This document shows positions 24,238 to 39,230 of a stretch of DNA of 64,000 nucleotides, piece by piece. The notes below the pieces were generated by a model, which had not been told where the DNA came from, ran no database searches, and saw nothing but the letters and a program-made list of their open reading frames with translations. Origin of the DNA: Antedon mediterranea (lineage: Eukaryota; Animalia; Echinodermata); assembly GCF_964355755.1 (NCBI RefSeq), contig NC_092677.1, positions 8,144,101 through 8,208,100 on the forward strand, read 5' to 3'. Position numbers and translations under genes: made by a program. How positions within the stretch are numbered: the stretch's first letter is position 1; each line of letters starts with the position of its first letter.

Positions 24238-25964
24238 TGCGAGAACTGGTAGTTGTACAAAACAAAAACACAGAGAAGGACAATTTATTATAAGAAACTC
24301 ATACATGTGAATTATACGCCACCTATCGGGGACGCTACTCCGGGAACTTGAGCAATGTGATTGTTGAAACTTCATTGCGCTAAATGACGATCTTTATTCA
24401 AAGTGTTCTTAATAGGCATTGCATTATCTATGAAAATCTAATCAATATGTAGGCCTAGACGGAAAGGGTCCGGAAAAAACAATGACTTGTGAAACTAAAA
24501 TTAGATTTAAACTTTCTACTCGCCATTGTTTCTCAGCAACAGAAATGCAAACAAGCAAAATTTAACAAACAATTGTAAAAGTTAGATAATCATTTATTGT
24601 TAAAGCTTATAAAGTAAAAGATTATGGAACGAATGCTATGCGGCGCAGTTTCCATATTTTCCGGAGGGTTTAAGTTTCAATCATAATTACTGACAATCAA
24701 AACAATAGATCCTACATGTACCGAGGAGAAGCGCAAAAAGAAAAAAAAATTTATTTAATATTCATCCATGTCTGACGTGGCACTTATGAAAAAAGTACAC
24801 TTGCCAGATAACAATTACATTGTATCGATTGATCTGGACATTGTACTTTACTTCCAAACAGGCCACACGTTATCATGGGATTAATATGCGACAAAAATGA
24901 CTCCAAAATCGCAGACGACGGGTTAAAGTTCAATTACAGTAGGCTACTCAGATGTAAAATGTAGTTAGTAGGCCTACAGCGCTTTTGTATTTTTTGGAAA
25001 AGCGCTTTATAAATCTGTATAGTATATTATAGTATCTTAATAGAAGGCATGCTCTGACTTCAGGCAATAAATTAATAAAATGGTCAATAAATTAGATCTG
25101 TTTGACCAGGGAAGAGAACGCTTCCCTGGTTTGACCTACCTTTGGATTCATTATCTTTTGGTATATTATTGCTTGAAAAAAGTTTACAAGCGAAACATCA
25201 GCGACAAAATCAATGTTTTTTCCGTCCAAAGTTCGTCTTGTTAGAGGAGACATTATTATTAAGCTTATTAAAAGTAAAAATTACATTAGAGATCTATCTA
25301 TAAGCCTGAATGTATATAAAAGCGGTTATTTCTTAGTTGTGTTTTGTTATATTTTGCTTCTTTTTTTTAAGTATTTACCTCCCTTTGTTTTATTCTGATT
25401 GCACCACAAGTGGCAGTAATGTGTCACCAATAAAAAAAGCTCATAACAATACTTTAAAGCAGTATTATAAATTGATTAAAAAACTGGAAGTGAGCCACCT
25501 TTGTTTCAACAAGCAACTTAATAATAAGGTAGGCCTAATGTGACAACGAACTGTGTGACAACCAAACGTTGTTCTATCCAAAGTGTTCGTGTTACTATGG
25601 ATATAAAATATCCCCTTTTTATAATATTATTTATACTGTTATATTTGTGATATGAGATCAACATAGGTCAAAGTATAAAAGAGATTAATACCGGTATATT
25701 ATACAATATACTGTAAAAAGTTACCACACGCAGGTATTCCTTATTACCAAAACGTGATACCTCCGTTTCTTTTAAAATGTTCTCGATATAATAATATTAT
25801 ACCGGTATATTGCCTGCTTAGAGGTGGAAATATAAGATTTGACATCCCCTAGAGAATATTCGTTCTTATATAGCGGTTATTGTACAATGTTTCTATTCGT
25901 TTCAAATCATTAGGCCTACGGCATTTTTTTTTTATCAAACACGTATGGAAACATACTCTCATAA

Positions 25965-26130
25965 TGAAGCTATAGTAATCAGCCCAAAATTGTGCCTTGA
26001 CCTTACCAGGTACTCATTTATACCTGGGTGGATAGAGGCAAACATAAGTAAAGCGTCTTGCCTAATGAGCAATAATTCGGCGAGCGTTTGATTGGAACTC
26101 AACAGTAATCCAACAAGTAAGCCACACGGA
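25965..26130 (-). mobile_element. SINE remnant (CORE/MIR-like)
   Basis: CAGGTACTCATTTATACCTGGGTGGATAGAGGCA...GTAAAGCGTCTTGCC is the reverse complement of a core common in invertebrate tRNA-SINEs (from recall). Confidence 0.55.
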
Positions 26131-27669
26131 CACCCTCACACACAAGTACCAAACAATGTTGTTACGGTCACAGAAAAACGCCAAATAATAAAGAAATAAT
26201 ACAAATAAACAAACTGGGATACAATTTTTAAATACATTTATATAATTTATTCTCATTTACACAACATGTATCTTACCAGCCATCGAAGTTCGTTCTTAGC
26301 ATTTGTTATTGTTAGCGCAGGCCTAGACCTTCGTTCAGTTAAAACATTCTATTCAAATATATATAAATATCTATAAAATATATCATTGTAAAAGATTTTC
26401 AAATTAATATCATGAATGAGTTAATGAAAGCAGGGAAGAGTGATATTATTACAATTCTCTTCACTGATGACAGAGACTAATTCCATAATTAGGCTACAAG
26501 AATTTATTTGGCGTCTGTTTAATTTAATGTTCTCCAATGCAGTTTTTTCTCCTTTCATTGTAAAACTAATGCATCATTATAATAAAATCAATAAATCGTA
26601 ATCTAGATTGAAACATGGATTAAATATTCTTTAATCCATTATTGAAATTAAACAAGTAAAGGTTTCTTAAAATCTAAAATAAAGATTAATAGAAACACAT
26701 TAATTACCACCTACAATTCAAAATGCTAAACCCCATTTAGATTTCAAATTTATTTTCGGTATGTTTACGTAAAGAGCGAACTTGAAAAATCACGTACGTA
26801 CTCGTCGTGACGTTTGCTACAAAACTCTTCCCATCATGCCTCGCGAAATCAGGCTAATTACGTCTCAAGCCAACTATACATTATAGCAATATTGTAAAAA
26901 AAGGGGTTTATACGGCAAAAAAAAATCAATTTGTGTTCAATATTTTTTTCAATAACTATAAAAAAAAATACAAAATTGCCTATTCGAATTTTTATTCTAT
27001 TTCATTTTAATAATAATAATGTTTTGCATTAAAAAGACCATTAAGGAATAATTAAGGCTGATGTATCATGCATTGTTCAGATGTACAGATACGTATATCC
27101 TTGCTTCCGTTGTTAACATAATCCACGGTAATTATTGTCGTATAATATAAACATTTTAAAACAAAATTGTCAATACGTGATTAAATGATACATAAGGCTA
27201 ATTAATATTGCAAAACAATTCATGAAAGTACGTATTCATTACTTTGATGGCACATAATTATGTTATTTTTGATTATGAGGTAGATGAATGATGACGTAAT
27301 TGGCCAATAGGCATCCTTCACCCAGTTCCGCTATACGATCCAAGACCTTCGACTTAATTGTCACTCAAGTTCCAACTAAAAGCTTATGAATAATATGTAT
27401 ATACTATAAGCCGATTCTCAATTCCTTTGTTTTCAAACACTTTTAGTTCTTCAAAACACATTATTCGATAACAAAACAACTCTATATTAATAATAACTAA
27501 ATAATTTAGTTTTTATTAACAATAATATTATTTGGACTGGCTTCATTCAGATGGGAATTCAAGGTCAACATCGTTTCCTTTGTTTGGAAGCTTACAAAGA
27601 ATAATACTGCATACGTAGACCATGGAAGTACACAATTCAGTTTATACTGTACATCCATGTATGAGTAGA

Positions 27670-28725
27670 CTACGATTTTACTAACTGGAAATCGTCAAAA
27701 TTTGAAATGTTTGATTTTGATTCCTTGCATTTAAAAGTTCGTCTGAAAGCAATTCTAAAGTCTTGTCTTCTACAGGCGTATATAAACGGGTTCACCATAG
27801 AGCTAGCAAACACAATTGCTTCAAAAAACCACACCAGCACCGGTATATTGATGTCCCAAATGTATTCTACGTATGTGAGGATAGTTAACGGAGTCAAAGA
27901 CAGTATAAAAACCACCAGAACAAGAGTAATGGTTATAAAGGATTTCAGATGAAGTTCGACAGATATGAGTTCTGACGTCCCTTTCCTCGGTCTGTTCTGT
28001 CTCGTTAACATCATCGTACCGGGTAGTTCTTTCTCTTTTTTTCTGGCAATTACGTACGAACTCATATGTAATTTAATCATAATTGTAAGAATAATCAAAA
28101 AATAAAAACTGCATATATAATTTCTGATTCTGTTTGCTTGTCCTTTGATTGTGATAATTCCTGAGGTCAAGTCTCTCTCGACTCCCCAGAAGAAAGGTAT
28201 TAAAATCGGTATAAAGCTAACAATCCAGGCTACAGCAATGTACTTGAATGCTCGAACTTTTGTCGATTTTCCAATGTAACTAAGTGGCTGGGTCAATGCA
28301 CAGTAACGGTCCCACGTAATCAATAGCAGGTTGTGAATAGAGGCCCATGAAAACAAGAACAATGGCATTACGTACATAGTCACTCCATCGCTTAAATTCG
28401 CATTAGAAAATTGTCTACGAACAAATACGTAATGCATAATAACTCCTGGTACGGCAATGGCACCGGTAAGGAAGTCTGCGACAGCCAGACTCCCCAGATA
28501 ATAATTCCTAACAACTTGAAGTGTTGGATAACGGTAAATCGTAAACACAACTATAGCATTGCCGACGATGCTAACTACTCCAATCGGTACAAATACCACC
28601 ATAATATATATAATCACATATATACTTAATTCAGAGCTGGACGGTATTAATATCTCTGTTGTACTATTCACAGTAAAATATAATTCCGTTTGGTATTCAG
28701 TTGTATATTCCATGTTGTTCTTCAT
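27670..28725 (-). CDS. Intronless rhodopsin-like (class A) orphan GPCR, 351 aa
   Basis: Seven hydrophobic segments; GN in TM1, SLAVADFL in TM2, WDRY, W in TM4, NPFIY plus helix 8 (QDFRIAF). Confidence 0.95.
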   Translation of the reverse strand: MKNNMEYTTEYQTELYFTVNSTTEILIPSSSELSIYVIIYIMVVFVPIGVVSIVGNAIVVFTIYRYPTLQVVRNYYLGSLAVADFLTGAIAVPGVIMHYVFVRRQFSNANLSDGVTMYVMPLFLFSWASIHNLLLITWDRYCALTQPLSYIGKSTKVRAFKYIAVAWIVSFIPILIPFFWGVERDLTSGIITIKGQANRIRNYICSFYFLIILTIMIKLHMSSYVIARKKEKELPGTMMLTRQNRPRKGTSELISVELHLKSFITITLVLVVFILSLTPLTILTYVEYIWDINIPVLVWFFEAIVFASSMVNPFIYACRRQDFRIAFRRTFKCKESKSNISNFDDFQLVKS

Positions 28726-31700
28726 TCACACGATACACAGCCCATGTTCCCCAACTCAACCGGCCGCTTGAGCCTGTTTGATCGTTTTCGCACGAGCAGC
28801 AGTGATGAGACAATAATAAGTATTTGTGATCGGTCAAGCGTGAAGTTCAATTTGCGGTCTATAGGTCGAAAATCATTTTAGTGTTTAATTGAGTTTCACT
28901 TAAATGTGCATCCTTTTTCCGACTTAATATCACCAACCACCGATAGATTTATAATATGGTATTAGTCAGAACAATCTTGGTGAGTTAGTGTCGTTTTACA
29001 TTTAGTAATAGTGATTAAATAAAAACAGGAAAAAAATTAAGAATTTCATAATATGATTAAGAAATTAATGAGTTCACTTTGATGCTATATTAAGGACTGA
29101 TGTATGTAGCCTACTCACTGTAGTTAAATTGTTGAAAATGAAGAACCTTTATATTATAATGAAAAAGCAACAAACAATTGTACACTATTTGTGTTGTACA
29201 TTAGTCATAAACCCTAACCTTATCCACCTGGCCATTATTGTGTACGATATTTATGAAATATTTATATAAGATATTAATTAACAATGATTGTTCACAATTG
29301 TGATTAGAAATAATCAAAAGTATTGATTATTATCGTTCAAAACGGCACGTTTGGCCATTAACGTTGATTTCAAGATTACCATAACACAATTGAAATTAAT
29401 TCTAATTAATTATTATAGGCCTAATTTGGCATTGAATCAATCATGGTTGCTTATTGGAGATTTCAGCTGCAGATGGGGCTCTTGCGCAAGACAGAGGACA
29501 TAATGTACGTGTTTAAATACAATGTGCAGTCCAGACAACTATAGTATAAGCCTATACTTTTTTAGAATTTGTCCTTAGCATTGACAAATAATATTAAGGA
29601 AAACTAAAGCGTTTATTTGATATTAGTTGTATTATCGTATGTAGGCCTAAATATCATCCCTCGGAAACCGTCAAAATGTAATTTCTCCGAGAATGTTAAA
29701 TGCCATGATGACACTAACTAAATGACCAGTGATGACTTTACCATTAGGTTACCCCCTGACTGAAAACTATAACATAGGATTTCACTAGTTCCAAGTGACG
29801 TCACGTACTATCTGATCGCTCTTTATTTGTCACCAATGAAATCATGATGATGACGTATAACTGTTAATGTTGACTTTTGTGTTTGTGTTTACGATAACTA
29901 TTTACTCCAATTAAATGACGTAGCGGTGTTAATGATAAGTTGAAGGTCATCCGTAAACAAACGAATGTAAACTAAACTTCTAGGCTAGGCCACTATTGAT
30001 CTTGACTAAATATTAGATGACTTATTTTATTTGTCGAAATGTATGTGTTGAATGAACAACTCTGTCTACTCTTATAATATTATTAGAAACCCTTATTTGA
30101 ACTCGTCACCAAGACGAGTTAGGTTATTCTTAAGTTCACAAACATAACGTTTTAATGCGTATACGTATACCATACTGGTACTTGATTGGATGCCATGATG
30201 TAAGTTATAAAATATATACAATTTAGTATCACGGTATATATAGGTGAAATTGCATGACCAAAACATCACTACAAATGACGTCATCCAATTGAAGGTAAAC
30301 TTTCGAAAGATAATTGTTTTAGAATAATATGATTTTGGAAGTAAATCGGAGACGTTGATCGTTGATATTTGTCACCTATAGAGCCTCTGCAGTCTTTTCA
30401 TATAACTCCGATCGATGTTATGTTCATAAATAAACAACTGAAACATTGTAATTGTATGATGACCCATAAAGAGGTTCATACAACTGGAGATAGGATGATT
30501 GAGTACATTCTATACCCGACCTCTGCGATCAGCTCTCGATGCCACCAGCAACAAAATATTTACGGTACCGGTAATCGTTTTAATAACCAAACAATATATA
30601 TATATATATATGTATAATTATACAGGTAGGATACTGCCCTTCGTTTTCGCTTATAGGCCTAACACTGAAAATATAATTCATTTCACTTCAATGTATTATA
30701 AACTATCATTGGATTATGTCTCAATTACAACTTATACGTCGACATTATTTCAAAATTAGCAAAATTAAGAATCGCTTTTGAATTTGAAATTTGACTTAAT
30801 TAGAAATGTCAATAGTTGGAACTTATACGTGGCTCGAATGGCGTTCGTATATAATAATTAATTGTTTGTAACAATGCAATTATAAGAAATAGAAAACGTG
30901 ATCAGATTTTGAAAATGATTTCATTGTTTTCTGTTGCAATTGTATGACTCATAAAGTGACTGTTTCGAATATACGACCTCTGTCCACAAGCCGAGTATCA
31001 TACAAACAACCTGAGTGTAATTGATTGACGTTTCAAGAATAAATAAGAAAGAAAACAATGAAATAGGGCCTATATCCTGAGTTTTCAAAGAGAGGTTAAT
31101 TAAAATAACAATAACATAACATGAAAAATAAAATAACTACTAAGCCTAGTTTGATGTGCAAACAAATATTCATAATTATAAATACAATTTAATATCGAAT
31201 TAACAACTGATTGGTTGATTGGTGGATGTATTGAAGTGAAAACATTTCATAATGAGAAGAACATATGCATTTTTGTAGACTGCTGAGACCCTTTATAGCT
31301 GTTGTATGCCATTTTTATTATTTTAACAGTCTATTTTACTCTTACTCTTTACTACTCTAAAATGAAGGAAAATATGAATAATCTCAACCCAGTCAGATTT
31401 AAACCGGACTTTAAAAAAGGGTCGTTAAAAGGTCAGAATCAGCATGTTGTGTCACAGACAGTAATAATAATTGTTAATTAAGTCGCATCATTGAACTAAC
31501 TATTTGAATTGTCACTTTTGAAATAATTTAGTGAGGCTAGGATGACGTCATCTACAAACCTGTAGAATCGATGTGGTCAATGCCTTGAAAGTTGATTTCT
31601 CCACAACCTTTTAAACCATTGAAAACATTGAATGAGTGTTGTTTTTTTCCTTCCTTTCTTCTCATGTGAAGACAGTATCCTTACTTCCAAGTCATTCGAT

Positions 31701-34700
31701 AATATTATAATATGAATTATTATAATTACAATTGTCCTATTATTCAATAACATATCGCATAAGTCAATACAACAGGGCAATAATAAAATAGTTTTATTTA
31801 CATTCACACATGAATTACGCGAATAATTAATAATGAATGGCCTTAGCATTAAAATATGTATTTTTAAAAGATCAATATCAAAACAGTAGAAATTAAAATA
31901 GTTATCAACCATGCTATGATAATAATAACCATGAATAATAAAATGTATCCGGCGGAAAATTACTGCCCTGGATTTGGCGGAATTTCTAATGTAGGTCTTA
32001 TAACGGAACATTCATGCTGCATCCCGGCCGAAAAATGCTACCGATACTTATCTGGTGGAGAATGATAACGTACTGTATCTTTCGAAAAAATAACTATTTT
32101 ATTTGTCTGGTGGAAAATAATAGTAGATTATCCTTTTTTGTTCATTGCGTATATTGCACTAGTATCTGCTGTGTCGGAAAATGCTAAGTGGAAAATTCAT
32201 ACTCCTGGCGTATAGGTCATACTTTAACTAGCGGACTGTATTTGGTGGAAACTTACTGCTGGATGAAAAATTCTAGTAGACCTACTTTGTTAATTTCTAT
32301 ATATATCCAAAAGTCAATCGTAATTGTAATTTCACTCTTCCTTGATAAATCATGTATTCTGTAAGATCTCCATGGCATACCGGTATATGGATTTACAATG
32401 GAGGAAGGTATAACATTGTACCTCCATGGATTTACTAAGTGGGTCGTTTGGATTATACTTCGTGATTGTTGATTTATTTTTAATAAGTTACAGCACGCCA
32501 CTCACAATCATTACTGTACTTGGTAAATAGAGGATTTGATTGTTCAAGGTTTCATAATTTGATTACAATAGCCTATTATTAGAGTGACCATTAAGTATAA
32601 ATTCACAAATTATGAGGAAATAGACAGTATAAGCATTTCTGTTATCATTATTCCTGTTTAGTTTCTTGTGGATTAGTGTGAATAAAGTTGATAGCTTAAT
32701 CATAAATAGCCTTGGATTTAAACTAATCCGTTTCGTTCGTGAGTTATAGACCATGGTATTTAGTATTTCAAAATATTTTTTTATTAAAACTTAAAGCCCT
32801 TTTCACAATGTGGTGTTATTTGTATTGAACGATTTATTGACGAAAATTCCCTTTAAATTGTCATGAGATATTCTTTGAGCTGCCACTTCTTAACTGTTAT
32901 CGTGTCATAATTATAGTGAACTAGGGATTAATGACACGTAACGTAAAGGGATTAAGTTAATCCATAAATTAGTATAATCTTCTTTAATTGAGAAAATAAT
33001 ATACGCTCAATTAGGCAGAGTTAAAATTACACATTTTTATTCCCAAACTCATCCCCAACTACCTTTAATTTATCCCTGAATTGATGCTTGTATTAATATC
33101 GGAGGTAAATGACGTCAAGTGTTGTAAATAACGCGTCACAATTGTTTCCAAGACCAATGCAGCACACGATAAATAATACAATATTTGGTATGGCACCTTG
33201 TTTTTACTATTTCATTTTACTTGTATAATTCGCTTCTTAGTTAAGACTTAAATGTTATTTTTTGATACTTTTCTTTTTGTTTTTACATTGCCTTGTAAAT
33301 GAACGCACCGTCTTATAAACGTGTGCCGCTGATACAAAAGCGTTTGTTCAATCAATTTATCTTATCTTATCTACCAATGAAACTACTCTCTACAGTGATT
33401 TGCTAAATAAATCATCGCTGGTAAAGTAAACAAATAGAATCATTCCAAGTACTCGATGGTCCTATTCCGAAAGAGAAACACGAAACACGCGCTATAATAA
33501 TGCGCTTTACATTTAGATTTATCTATAATCGTTTTGCTCTCGATCACTCTTTCTATACGTGCAATTAATGAACAACGCAATATCTGCTGCAGGTTGTCTC
33601 TGATTAGATTATTTAGTTACTTTCTTGCAATTTGCAGGGTCGTTGAACAACAAATTGAGTTATTTATTTATTTGATAGGCCTAGGCCTACACATCACAGC
33701 ACGGCACTCAAACACACAATTCATTTATAGGTCCATGAAAACTCGATGTCAACTTCTTTTATGAGGCCTACTTTTACAATCACAACACGATTCCGACGAA
33801 TTTCAGTCACAGAACGGTAAAAATTAAAAAAATTAATAATAAAAGCATTTATAATGCGCCATATATCCATGCTCATAGGCGCAGTACATACATGTATAAA
33901 CCATTATAAGAATTAAAACAACTTAAGAAACCAAGTTTAAAATGCCATAAAGGTCTACGACAATTAAAACTAGTGAACAGCTTCCCTACAATTATAAAAA
34001 ATCAAGTTTTAATCAAACTCTAAATTAAAAAGGCATATATACTACGGTACTGACTAGATATCATATTGGCTAAAAATACTGTTTCTAATTATAATATGAA
34101 ACTTCAAATGTTAAATTTATACTGAATGGCGGAAAATGAACTAAAAATGGTAGGCCTAAATCATAACAATTCCAATGAGTAGGCCTAAGCAGAATCATTT
34201 GCAGGTCTACACATGCACGTATAAATACTTCTATGGTTGACATAAAAAAAACGATATTGAAAACCACCCAGGAAACCACATTTTAAAGAAGTTTGTGTGT
34301 CTATTTCAATTGCATGCACGTCACAAATGTGGGTTCATTGATAAAAAATACACAGGGTAAAAGGTAAATAACACCGTTATGTAAATGGCCGGAGGTTTTG
34401 GTAAACCACATTGGTTACTTCTCTTCACTAGTAGTCGAACGTGTTTCTTGGAAAAATAACTAAGTAAGATAAATAGCCGGAAACTCTTATAAGGAAACGA
34501 GTGGGATTACACCAGTAGACACCGAAAACGAGGAGGAAAGCTGTATTAGCTGTGTCTCGAATGACCAAGGATGCGGGATAATAGCCAGATTAAAGATACG
34601 TTCACACTGAACCTAATTATCGGTTAATTCATTATCGGATAATAATATCGGTTAATTTTTTGACGGAAATACGTAAAAAAACTACGATAATTTTTCAACG

Positions 34701-37700
34701 AAAGTTATCCCGTAATATCGGTATAAAGGTATTGGGCCTCGATGCTAACGTAGTCTAGGGCTGTGTTTATACAACACCCTAAAGTTGAATCCGTCTTTAA
34801 TTTTTAGCGTGTTGCACGGGCCGAGGTCAACGCCACAAAAACCTTGCAGTTATACATGAAATCGTAATACCGTGTTATATGTAGTTCATAAGTTGTACAA
34901 TATACTTGCATGCATTATGAATTAATATGAGTTTATATTAAGGATTTTAATAAAGGATGATTTCGTTTAAAATTTAGTTTATTCAATTATTGATTTTTTT
35001 AATCTGCTTTTGAAATTAGAAAAAAAATGTTTTAGAATTAGGATAAAACTTTGCCAAATTATGCTAACATTTGATTAGCGTTAATGTTAAGTGCTAAATC
35101 GGTTAAAATATGCAAAAAAGCACAATTATCTACTAGATTTGGTCAACATTTTCACAGCACATACTTTTATTTAACGAGAGGTCAAAACAATACCCTGAGG
35201 ACACTTCCAACACGCCAACAGCAACCGGAAATCCACAAAATGTTAGGATTCAGCCAAGTAGCCTCTTTTGCAATTAATTACACTTTTTGTAGGCGTGTTG
35301 AATATGCGTGTAATAGCGTGTTGTATAAACGCGCCCAGGACTGGCGGTTCATCGGGTGAGTAAAGTATAATGACTTACACGTATTTATATAGGCCTACCC
35401 TGATTTGTAGCTCAGATGGATCGTTATATCGTTATTCAACAATGTGCAACTAGTATGATAATAATAATATTAGCATTACATTATTAATATTTTACAATAT
35501 GGCGACACGGACACCCTCAAAAATAATTATCAGGATTAGTCTCTGGTCCATGAATTCTAATGTATTACATTTGCATAAATCGGAAACCGTTTATACGTCT
35601 ATTTATATCACCGAAGGATCTTCAGAAGAAAAAATACATTAAATGAAGGAAATTACCAATTCCTATTGAAATTCAAACAATGATGTTTGATTCCTGTGGG
35701 TGGGTATTCTAGTGAAAGATTATAAAACGAGTGTATATAATTTACTAAGACTTTAATTACCCTTGTCTGCAAGTATAGGTACTTATGATATCAAGTATAA
35801 GTACGTTCACATTAATTATGAACTTGGAGGTTCAATAGCCATCTGGTTAAAGTGTATATTGTCACGATAAGATACCGTACATCACGTTGTCTACTGTAAA
35901 TAAAATAACAGTCGGCCATCTTATAGGAAGGATTAGATGGGGCTCAATCCACCATATATCGATGCACCATCGCATTTTATTATCACAAATTGCAATGTTA
36001 TCCATTTTTGTATTGTATTGTTATTATATGTATGCATTTTTGTTAACTTCTGCGAAGCATATTGTTTTTGTCTTCTGACATCTAAATTAAGAACAGAACA
36101 TTTTTTTATTAAGAACAAAACATTTCCTGGTGTGGGCAGAAGGATCTAAACATAAGCATATGTTGCTATAAAGTATATTGCGGTATGTCACGGTATTTAG
36201 TAGCAATGGTGACGACGTACGTGTGACTAATGTGAGGAAAGGAATCAGTGACCGATTTATGACTGTATTTACGAAAGCGTAAGCTTATGTTTAATATTAT
36301 GTTAATTTTTCGTATCCCTTTTTCTGCGACGAAATTTAGTTCCACATTATGAGTTTTTTTGCACCTTCAACGCGAATCTATATTATAATTTGTATAAGGG
36401 AAAAATTGTTTGTCTACGGGAGCACTTACTATAAAATGCGATATTTATAAAATGTCAGTTCCAGGGCCGGGAATTATAGAAATCACGTTGTTAAACTCAT
36501 ATACAAGGTAACACCTTACAGTACATTTTGATGTGGCTTGATGTGAAAAACAAGTTGTTTAATCGGTAAAATATTTGAGTGGTTTGTGCATGAGTACATC
36601 ATATCCGGGTTCTCTACCAAACTGTCTTATGAGTTCTAACCACGGTGGAGCTAAGGGTTTTTTATGAGGCGTTAGGATGTCATTTATGGTTGAACAAAAC
36701 TACAAACATAGTAGACTCATCAACAATAAACATACACGTATTTGTAATTAATGGTATAAGCTATGCCATAACTTGAAAGAAGTAGTATACGGCATTCAAC
36801 GTGTTCAAGTTTGAGAATTCCATGGATGTATAGACAGTACGTGACAGTATAATTGTTGATCCTAAAGTTCTAGGTTGAAATATCTGTTGGCAAAAAAGAA
36901 TATAACGACATAAAATCTGTCGCTGGTGGCGTAATCATATGTTGTCATCATAAATACACAGTGTTTTGGTGAACGCTACCAACATCGTCAATTATAACTA
37001 AAACAATAAAACAAATATACATCAGCTTTTGAATGCGCACAAAGAATAATCATGTTCATTGCGCGCCTACAAAACAGCACTGTCAAGAAACATCATTTCC
37101 ATTAGCTTAAACGCGCGTCACATACCTATTGATGTCATTGTCACTGAAGATTGCGTGACTGATAGGCTTATAATGCATAATAGTGTAATTATATGCCTCT
37201 TATTTCTAAACAGTCCAAACGATCACTTGTATTAATGTACATGTAATGCCATTATTATACCTCATTAATGACATAAAACTTAATATTCGAGAGTTTTAAT
37301 TTGTTTCATCATAAATTAATATTTATTTCCTCCATAACCATAACATCAAGCAAAACAAGACACGTTCATTTTAAACTGATTAGGCCCTAAACAAATGAAA
37401 ATGTTTTTTGAAATTAGTACGTCATTTAAAAAACTGGCGGCCAATGGCTATGGTAAAAAAAAATTGCACTGACGGTTTGCTTAGCGGTAAATTCTGAGTC
37501 AGGAAAATGTTTGAGCTTATTATATTATTAACATCAAGGTCTACACGTGCCCTTTTATCGAAATAAGATCATGGAATATAATTATAATCGTTGAAAGTCA
37601 AACGGTTAATCAGGATACACTTGCTTTTGCACATATATTATTATGTATAGAAGAATGCATTTTATTATAAAACCTCTTAATTATTAAAACATTCACACAA

Positions 37701-37859
37701 AACATCGAACGTGACACAGATATCAAGGTAAATTAAGTAAATGAGATCAATAGTCAAAATTCAAGAACAAGACCTTATAATAATAACATTAAATATTACT
37801 GATATGTTATGAGTTTCAATATAGAAAAGCTCAAAGAAATGAGCAATGTTGGGCCAATG

Positions 37860-38510
37860 ACGTAAAACAAATACTATGCATAAATGGATTTGGTAACATA
37901 TGGTACTCACAACAGGTTAATAATATATATACTTTTATTTCAAATTTTAAACAAAGGCTTACAGATATTGAACGACAGAAATTCTACGAAGATACTAGGA
38001 TACACTCTAAGCTCCAATATTACAAGCACGTTAAATATAAGTTTGGAATTGAAGAATATCTAACGAAAGTAACAAATTACAAACATAGACAAATTATGAC
38101 TAAGATACGACTAGGAATTTTAGAATTAGAAATTGAAAAAGGAAGATGGAATTGTATAAATAGAAATGAAAGATTATGCAAATTATGTGCTTTACAATCA
38201 ATTGAAGATGAATATCATTTCACTTTAGTTTGTCCATTTTATTCAGATATTAGAACTAAATATATGTTTTCCTTTTATACAAACAACCCAACTAAATTAA
38301 AATATATTTATCTTATGTCTGCCACAAATACTGATCTTATTGTTAAACTTGGAAAATATTTATTTTTTTCATTTAAACGTAGAACAGAATTTTTAAACGC
38401 ACTCAACTGATATTTATTTAATATTGTATTACATTGTATATTATTTGGGCCAAAGGCCATATATAATAAATGTTTCTTGGATCTCCAAGAAAGAATGAAT
38501 GAATGATAGA
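37860..38510 (+). mobile_element. Non-LTR retrotransposon ORF2 3' fragment (RTEX/Tx1-like C-terminal zinc finger)
   Basis: GFGNIW...KQRLTD...KIRLGILELEIEKGRW..ERLCKLC....IEDEYHF...CPFY; followed by AATAAA and a (GAAT)n tail. Confidence 0.75.
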
Positions 38511-39177
38511 CTAAGTTAAGGGTAAAGTTTGAAAGTGTAGATTTATGCTATTTTGTAGATTTAATCGAGTTTATTTTGTTTTTTATAGGCCTAAGTAAAA
38601 TAGGCCTAAACAATTTTCTAAATGAATAACTTTAATAAAACTGCAAAGTTTGATTTTCTTAATATTTTTTAAAGAAGAAATGCATCTTTAATGATTTATT
38701 GAATTTATTTAAATATAGGTACTGGTTTACCCATTGGATCATCAAAAAGAATAAATTATTCTATATAGGCAGACGATGAGTGTAAATCTAGTACAACAAA
38801 AAAGAAAAGCAAAATGCTAAGATTGATTTAAAAAACAATAGATATTTAGCATAGATCGGTTTAGTAAATAAATTTATTATATTATATTATAATTGTATGA
38901 AGAAATAAATATGCATGTAGATGAAAAAACAACAAGAACGACTATGTAAGAAAAAATTAGTTTGTTAGTGAAAATGTGCTATAGATAATGTATGTATAAA
39001 AAGAGAAAATGTGATAAGATGTAAACAAATGAACAAAAATGTATGTAAACAGATGATGAAAACAAACACTGTTAATATAATAATATGTATAGTGTATTGA
39101 AATGAAAATGTGTTTAGTAAAGTATGGAAAAAAAAGTGGGATGAACCCACATAAGATAAAATAAAAGAATAAATTAA

Positions 39178-39230
39178 GATTATTATTATTATTATTATTA
39201 GTGTTATTATTATTATTATTATTATTATCA
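39178..39230. repeat. (ATT)n microsatellite
   Basis: Direct reading. Confidence 0.9.

Noticed and set aside
31577-32011. 144-aa minus-strand ORF
   Set aside because: AT-rich, low-complexity composition with no motif or splice support.
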